Part shown: one piece after another, positions 59,701-64,000 of the stretch
How the letters are laid out: each line of letters opens with the position of its first letter
How positions within the stretch are numbered: position 1 is the stretch's first letter
From: an uncultured euryarchaeote
Lineage (GTDB): Archaea; Thermoplasmatota; Poseidoniia; Poseidoniales; Poseidoniaceae
NCBI GenBank assembly: GCA_937899865.1
Contig: CALBRH010000054.1
Coordinates: 1 to 64,000 of the forward strand
Direction: 5' to 3'
DNA: 64,000 nt
Program-made: the position numbers and the translations under genes
The notes under the pieces: model-generated
Seen by the model: only the letters and a program-made list of their open reading frames with translations
What the model was told of the DNA's origin: nothing
Databases searched by the model: none

Positions 59701-60342
59701 CTTTGCATATCTGTTGTTAATCTCAACAGTTACTCTGTTCGGAGCTAGATCTTCAGTTGAAATTAGTACTCTTTCTGTACCATTGATGATAAAATAGCCA
59801 CCAGGGTCTAGTGGGTCCTCGCCTTTTGTCTTGAGGAGTTGTTTCCACAAATCTGAATCCTCATTGGAGGTCGTAGGATATAATTGTCTATCACCTGCTA
59901 TGTGCGCAGGATGTAAGTTGCATCTCTTTGAACGTACCATAATTGGCATGCTTCCGACTTGAACTCCCTCTTCCTTTGGAGATGGTATTCCGTTTCTAAC
60001 GATTTGGAAATCAATAGTTACTGGAGACATATATGTTAATTTTCTCAATCTACATTCCATAGGTGTTGAAGGGTGCTCAGAACCATTTGCTTCTCTAATG
60101 GTTGGCTCTCCAAGTTGAATATTCTTTAGTCGAATAACAATATCTTGGTCAACAACGTCGAGTTTGATGAAACCACCTTCATCGTCCTCTACTTCTCCAT
60201 CTATTCCTACACGAATGTTACGAATTATCTTCTCCATACGAGACAACATATTGTCTCCAGCAGGTATACAGTCATCATAAGATGCAATTTGGTGATTTAC
60301 TAAACTTCTTTCCTTGAAAAATGATTGAATTATTTCTTGCAT
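56734..60342 (-). CDS. rpoB: RNA polymerase subunit B (unsplit Rpo2)
   Basis: GGYFIINGTER, CPNETPEG, GDKFASRHGQKG, RFGEMERD. Confidence 0.98.
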   Translation of the reverse strand: MQEIIQSFFKERSLVNHQIASYDDCIPAGDNMLSRMEKIIRNIRVGIDGEVEDDEGGFIKLDVVDQDIVIRLKNIQLGEPTIREANGSEHPSTPMECRLRKLTYMSPVTIDFQIVRNGIPSPKEEGVQVGSMPIMVRSKRCNLHPAHIAGDRQLYPTTSNEDSDLWKQLLKTKGEDPLDPGGYFIINGTERVLISTEDLAPNRVTVEINNRYAKQTEVAKIFSQKDGMRKPLTVEKRRDGMLMVKISTAGTTPIPVVLLMRALGIDNDQEIFTAIAGPTETFKYIVANINEVNDNEEYAVQNMLEAHEWLQKKFAAGQQKDYREARVDQLLDRELLPHLGDQGTDRKKKAVFLGRIVRQVLEMAMHSKQPNDKDHYANKRVRLAGDLIEDLFRVSSNQLARDLKYQLERHHNRKRELRITSCLRPDVLTSKIMHALATGNWVGGRSGVSQLLDRTTYLAALSHMRRVTSPLVRSQPHFEARDLHPTHWGRLCPNETPEGQNCGLVKNAAQMIDVSEYISEQDVRNQLDELDVYQPEDWSDGDRIHVNGDIYGIHKRGTNLVRHFKSARRRGAIPSEVSIRYDSENRDIFINTDKGRILRPLLILYDGAPRLESEHLQKLSSGEMTFKDLVNEGIVEWVDAEEEEDLYIAPKPFVLPATIPKGKYAGRPISNESVEWTNLGEPGATTAKLKAKIRMPNNDWEVASISVPLEYTTEHTHCEIDPQLVLGVCASLIPYPEHNSTPRVTGGTAMVKQSLGLPSSNYRLRPDTRAHILHYPQRSITRTRAMETTNFDERPGGQNFIVAIMSLHGYNMQDAVIMNRGSIDLGLGRSTFMRTYNAERRRFPGGQVEEIEKPGSSLQEVKGLKPDESYLHLEADGLPLPEKELEGGDVLVGKTSPPRFLEESSGGAFLMAQERRESSMLVRHGEKGWVDNVYVTESLDSGRMVRVMVRSHKVPEVGDKFASRHGQKGVIGRLVDPEDMPFTAEGVVPDLIINPHAIPSRMTVAHVLEMIGGKVGSLEGRRIDGTAFRGEKEGSLRDGLIRNGFAHSGRETMINGETGQAYPAEIFIGCIYYQRLHHLVSSKIHARSRGRVQILTRQPTEGRARQGGLRFGEMERDCLIAHGASMVIKDRLLDESDGIDMYVCAQSGHLAWYDPKRRTYVSPIHGDGAEVYKVQTSYAFKLLLDEMKSLGVAMRLELEDRR

Positions 60343-60353
60343 TTTGATCCCTC

Positions 60354-61004
60354 TCAGTTACCCTCTACTATTAGCCTGTAAGCAACCGTCTTACCCGCTG
60401 ACGGTGAGCGTCTAACTACCTTGACAACCCTGTCAGCAATCCATCCTGCTGCTAGAGGTTTGTGTTCAGGATCTGCTGCCAATTTGGCGTTGTCAATTGC
60501 TTCTGCTTGTTCCTTCAATACTTGAACTACGGGGTCTGTAATCAGTATTTTAGGTAACAATTCTTTAGCAATCCTTTGTTCTCCTGTCTCTTCATCTAAC
60601 TCTAGCATTTGCCAGGGTGCCAACTCGGCATTCTCGATTTCAAATTGTTCTTCTTCGCTGATATTTGCATCTCCAACCAATTCCTGATGAGGAACTAATT
60701 CATGGTTTAATGCATTAAATCTAAGTGTGATTTCAGGTCTGTCAAAGTCATCTATTGCTCTTGACCTAATGGTAATTTTCTTGCTTTTCTTTTGAGCTCT
60801 TCTTCTCGAGCCTTGTTCGGCGATTACCGCCATAACATTAGTGAATGCTTCAGAATCCTTGGATGTACCCAAAATTGAGGCAATTTCATCATGAGATAGA
60901 GTTTTGATATCTGTCATGTTTCTGTCCGTTGCCAATTTATGAGCAAATTCTTCGGACACACCTAATTCCATTAATCGCTTTTTTGTTGCGCTTTTAACTA
61001 CCAT
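60354..61004 (-). CDS. rpoH: RNA polymerase subunit H (Rpo5) with N-terminal extension and insertions
   Basis: HELVPH, LPKI..TDPV, VVRRSPSAG..VAYRL; 216 aa versus about 80 aa for canonical RpoH. Confidence 0.92.
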   Translation of the reverse strand: MVVKSATKKRLMELGVSEEFAHKLATDRNMTDIKTLSHDEIASILGTSKDSEAFTNVMAVIAEQGSRRRAQKKSKKITIRSRAIDDFDRPEITLRFNALNHELVPHQELVGDANISEEEQFEIENAELAPWQMLELDEETGEQRIAKELLPKILITDPVVQVLKEQAEAIDNAKLAADPEHKPLAAGWIADRVVKVVRRSPSAGKTVAYRLIVEGN

Positions 61005-61054
61005 TTTAGACCCCTCAAAAAACCCGCAACAGGCTAGACCGGCAGCGAATCAGG

Positions 61055-61128
61055 CGGGCCCGACGGGGTTCGAACCCGCGACCGTCCGGTTAAAAGCCGG
61101 ATGCTCTACCTGACTGAGCTACAGGCCC
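61055..61128 (-). tRNA. tRNA-Lys(TTT)
   Basis: GGGCCTG...CGGGCCC G; TCCGG-CTTTTAA-CCGGA anticodon arm; GTTCGAA T-loop. Confidence 0.97.
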
Positions 61129-61264
61129 AACGTAGCAACTTGGGCTTAACAGCCGACTTGCCCTGCGTTCATATAATTTACGGCATGGGGAACCCAGCCT
61201 CGCAATAGCGAAGCGCTTCCAAAATCCGCCTTTTTGAGCGTCCTGAGGATATTAGCCGCTGGGC

Positions 61265-62776
61265 ATGGTAATGAATAAAGGCTTCGCATGGAACAAAACA
61301 TCTGTGAGCGGGCCAATTTTTACCGATGATTCTGTTGCCCGGGAACTCGAATTGATAGATAAAGATACCAAATTTTACGAATGGAAATCTCCGACTGGAG
61401 AACTTCTTTCAGTTGAATTACCGCACACAGTTTATCCGCCTAAAGAAGATACAACTTTTATGGCTGAAAATTTAGTAAGACTAGGACCTGGAAAAGGTCG
61501 CAAATGCCTAGAGATCGGAGTTGGCAGCGGAGTATTATCGCTACTTTGTCACCGCCAGGGATGGAAAGTTTCTGCATGTGATATCAATCCTTATTCAGTA
61601 GTTGCTGCTAAACGACTCTTTTCTCTAAATTCAGCTTCAGATATCGAAGTCAAAGAAGGCGGCCCGGGCCCGAAAGAAGATGGTGAATCAATACAATGGG
61701 CGACGAAGAAAAATTTTGAACTAATTTTCTGGAATATGCCTTACATTACTCCAACATTAAATGATGAAAGTCATTTAGGCCCTTTGGAAGATGCTGCTTT
61801 GATAGATACCTCAACTACCAGTTTAATTTCCATCACTCTTGCTAAAATAAAATTATCAAATCTACTTGCTAACTCTGGCATCGGTTTGTTTACTGTTGGA
61901 GAAAAGTTTACTCAAGATTATCTTGAAGACATTTGTTCAAAAAATGGATTTTCCTGTAGAATTATCAACCAGTTGCATTTTGATGATGGAGAATGTTTGA
62001 GAGTTATTGCTTTTTGGCACCCATATTCGAAAACTCCACCAATTCACAAAGAGGTAGTTGGCTCGACAAACAGTGAATTATTGACAAATGATTGGCCAGT
62101 TGGCAGTTCTTTGTCTACCGATCTTCAAACAAAAGGCCGAGGAAGATACGATAGAAAATGGATTAATTCTTCTGAATTGATGGCTTGTTCTTGGAAAATT
62201 GAAAAGCCAATTGAGATGTCTCCTGCAATATTGCAAATTATCTGCGGACACCTAGTTAAGCAATCACTTCAATCTATTGACGATTTTAGTAATGATTCAC
62301 AATTAATTCTAAAATGGCCAAACGATCTAATTATACTAAAGGGAGAAAAATTTGGCAAGGTTTCAGGAATTCTTGTAGAATCTGTATCGAAGGGCAAAAT
62401 AACACATACTGTTGTAGGGATTGGCATAAACATCTCAAACAATTCTGCCGTACAAAATGAAAATTTCCCAATAGCATATACTAATTGGTTTTCAAGTTCA
62501 GCAACTGCTGAATATTTGCAAAAACAAATCCACTGTAGGATTGCTGGTTTGTTTGAATCGGTTGAAGGAATACCTAATACTAATTTTGATTATGTAAAAA
62601 GTATGGCACTAACAACCATAAAAGAGGGTTTCATATCTTGCAAGAGTATTTTCTATAGAAATAGTAAAGTGACTTTTGTAAATGTAAATGATGATGGAAC
62701 TGTATCACTAAAGCATGAAGACGGCACTCAAATATCTTGTGATGAAGGTGAACATCTAGATTGGTTATTCCTTTGA
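61265..62776 (+). CDS. Fusion of HemK-family SAM methyltransferase and biotin-protein ligase (BirA/BPL)
   Basis: VYPPKEDT, LEIGVGSG, NMPY; then STNSEL, QTKGRGR, KWPNDL, KVSGILVE, GIGINI. Confidence 0.85.
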   Translation: MVMNKGFAWNKTSVSGPIFTDDSVARELELIDKDTKFYEWKSPTGELLSVELPHTVYPPKEDTTFMAENLVRLGPGKGRKCLEIGVGSGVLSLLCHRQGWKVSACDINPYSVVAAKRLFSLNSASDIEVKEGGPGPKEDGESIQWATKKNFELIFWNMPYITPTLNDESHLGPLEDAALIDTSTTSLISITLAKIKLSNLLANSGIGLFTVGEKFTQDYLEDICSKNGFSCRIINQLHFDDGECLRVIAFWHPYSKTPPIHKEVVGSTNSELLTNDWPVGSSLSTDLQTKGRGRYDRKWINSSELMACSWKIEKPIEMSPAILQIICGHLVKQSLQSIDDFSNDSQLILKWPNDLIILKGEKFGKVSGILVESVSKGKITHTVVGIGINISNNSAVQNENFPIAYTNWFSSSATAEYLQKQIHCRIAGLFESVEGIPNTNFDYVKSMALTTIKEGFISCKSIFYRNSKVTFVNVNDDGTVSLKHEDGTQISCDEGEHLDWLFL

Positions 62777-63268
62777 TTCTAATTCTGCATCAATTGATTC
62801 AACATCCATTTCATTGCGACGCTTTTGGAGACCAAATAGCAGAATTGCAGCACCTATTGGATAAATTATGAAATCAAGCATCAAGGTTCTATTGATGTCA
62901 ACATCTGCTTCAACAGAACCACTACTAATGGTAATTTCAACAGAGTACTTATCGTATTCTTTAGAAGTGAATGTCGGTGCTGAATAATCTTCACCAGAGG
63001 ATAATTGAAAATCTATTTGCTCAATTTCAACTGAGTCTTGAAAAATTACAATCTTACCTTCAGAATCTGTAATTGATTCAAGATCTATAGTTAATTTATC
63101 TCCGTTCAACAAATGTGCTGTTTTTAGATAGGTTTGATTTTCTTCATCATCTAATTCAATATTTCCAACCCATCCATGAATTATAAATCCAGCACACAAG
63201 ATACCTATGCCTACAAGTATCAATACGTCACTGAACTTCATAGCATCAGCGGAACCGCCAGCCCCCAT
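62765..63268 (-). CDS. Two-TM hypothetical membrane protein
   Basis: TM, beta-rich external domain, TM; start uncertain (63268 or 63241). Confidence 0.65.
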   Translation of the reverse strand: MGAGGSADAMKFSDVLILVGIGILCAGFIIHGWVGNIELDDEENQTYLKTAHLLNGDKLTIDLESITDSEGKIVIFQDSVEIEQIDFQLSSGEDYSAPTFTSKEYDKYSVEITISSGSVEADVDINRTLMLDFIIYPIGAAILLFGLQKRRNEMDVESIDAELESKE

Positions 63269-63305
63269 GTGTTGGACTCGCAGACTCCTGCAAATGAATC
63301 CTTCC

Positions 63306-63641
63306 TTAATCAAGATTTGAAAGTCTCTCTCTAACCAACCTAATTTTACCACTAGTCGTTAAGCTTGAAAGCCCATTTTTCTCGAGTGAATCATCTGCTT
63401 CTAAAAGCTCTCTAATTACAAATGAATCTGCTAATTTAACCTGTAAAATCCCTGTTCCGCATCCATCTGTAAATTGATTTACAGAAAAATCCATGAGTTT
63501 TGGACTGCTGCTAAGTTCTAACTTTTGCGATAATTTTTCAATGCTTGAAATCATTTGACTTTTTGATTTGATTTCTGGCGAAACTAAAACACCAAGCCAA
63601 CGCCTTTTTCCGCGTAATGCCTTGCTTAGACGTTTGGCCAT
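63306..63641 (-). CDS. rnp2: RNase P protein Pop5/Rpp14
   Basis: LRGKRRWLG...GILQV...TTSGKIRLVRE matches the Pop5 pattern. Confidence 0.8.
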   Translation of the reverse strand: MAKRLSKALRGKRRWLGVLVSPEIKSKSQMISSIEKLSQKLELSSSPKLMDFSVNQFTDGCGTGILQVKLADSFVIRELLEADDSLEKNGLSSLTTSGKIRLVRERLSNLD

Positions 63642-63721
63642 GACACGTGTTAATGATAATTTAACTTAATTTCTTTGGATAATATCAAAACATTTTCCTT
63701 TCTCGGTCTAATTGTTGCAGT

Positions 63722-64000
63722 ATGGAAAGTGATTCTAAAACGATTTCTAATTCCAGTGAAGATATTTTGTCACAGTTTGAAGAACAAAATATTTCTATGG
63801 TAAGTTTAGTCAAAACACTTCTTTCCACTTCCACAATGCCACACATTATCTTAATCACTTTATTATCAACAATATTGTACATAGTTGCAAAAGTGGATTC
63901 TCTTACGATTTTCTCTTCAATGGTATTTGCCAGTTTGTCAGTTTCTTATTGTGTAACTGCCTTACTTTCAAAAAATCCAAAAATCAGTAGTTGGATTACT
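63722..64000 (+). CDS. Membrane protein, partial (runs off the window end)
   Basis: Hand translation MESDSKTISNSSEDILSQFEEQNISMVSLVKTLLSTSTMPHIILITLLSTILYIVAKV..., open for 93 codons. Confidence 0.7.
   Translation, partial: MESDSKTISNSSEDILSQFEEQNISMVSLVKTLLSTSTMPHIILITLLSTILYIVAKVDSLTIFSSMVFASLSVSYCVTALLSKNPKISSWIT

Noticed and set aside
552-59797. Numerous 60-170 aa ORFs in the track antisense to or nested in long genes
   Set aside because: No recognisable motifs or start signals, and almost fully overlapped by well-supported genes.
13120-61128. Two similar tRNA-Lys copies as att sites of an integrated element
   Set aside because: Both are full length, with different anticodons and opposite orientation; only core genes and no integrase lie between them.
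63685-63882. 65-aa minus-strand ORF as Rpp30 upstream of Pop5
   Set aside because: No Rpp30 motifs; the plus strand carries a longer open membrane-protein frame from 63722.

Overview
AT-rich (roughly 35% GC by eye), densely packed archaeal core-genome segment. Gene content points to a marine Thermoplasmatota archaeon (Marine Group II / Ca. Poseidoniales-like; inference, not a computed phylogeny): unsplit rpoB with split rpoA'/A'', eL30, eS1, proteasome beta next to aCPSF1, ZPR1, PurP, Pop5, an archaeal MMPL protein and giant surface proteins with thrombospondin-3 repeats. RNA genes: RNase P RNA, tRNA-Lys(CTT), tRNA-Pro(TGG), tRNA-Lys(TTT). I saw no CRISPR array, integrase or transposase. Top observation: a Cid1/TUT4-7-type (eukaryote-style) terminal nucleotidyltransferase at about 42955-45024. 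Its catalytic motifs are intact, it carries the His that selects UTP in Cid1, and it is fused to an archaeal coiled-coil domain that recurs in nearby paralogues. This suggests RNA 3'-uridylation in an archaeon. Other notable items: RpoH and RpoA'' share a 45-aa N-terminal domain (27/45 identical); RpoA' has a Cys-bracketed insertion in its dock region; a HemK-type methyltransferase is fused to a biotin ligase; eS1 carries a SAP-like tail and a structured 5' leader; an arginine decarboxylase homologue lacks the pyruvoyl Ser; a 36-aa CPxCG zinc-finger microprotein is missing from the ORF track; and bacterial-type sodN/sodX, plsC, thyA-folA, 7Fe ferredoxin and parvulin genes are present. Family assignments come from recalled motifs; no database searches were run.
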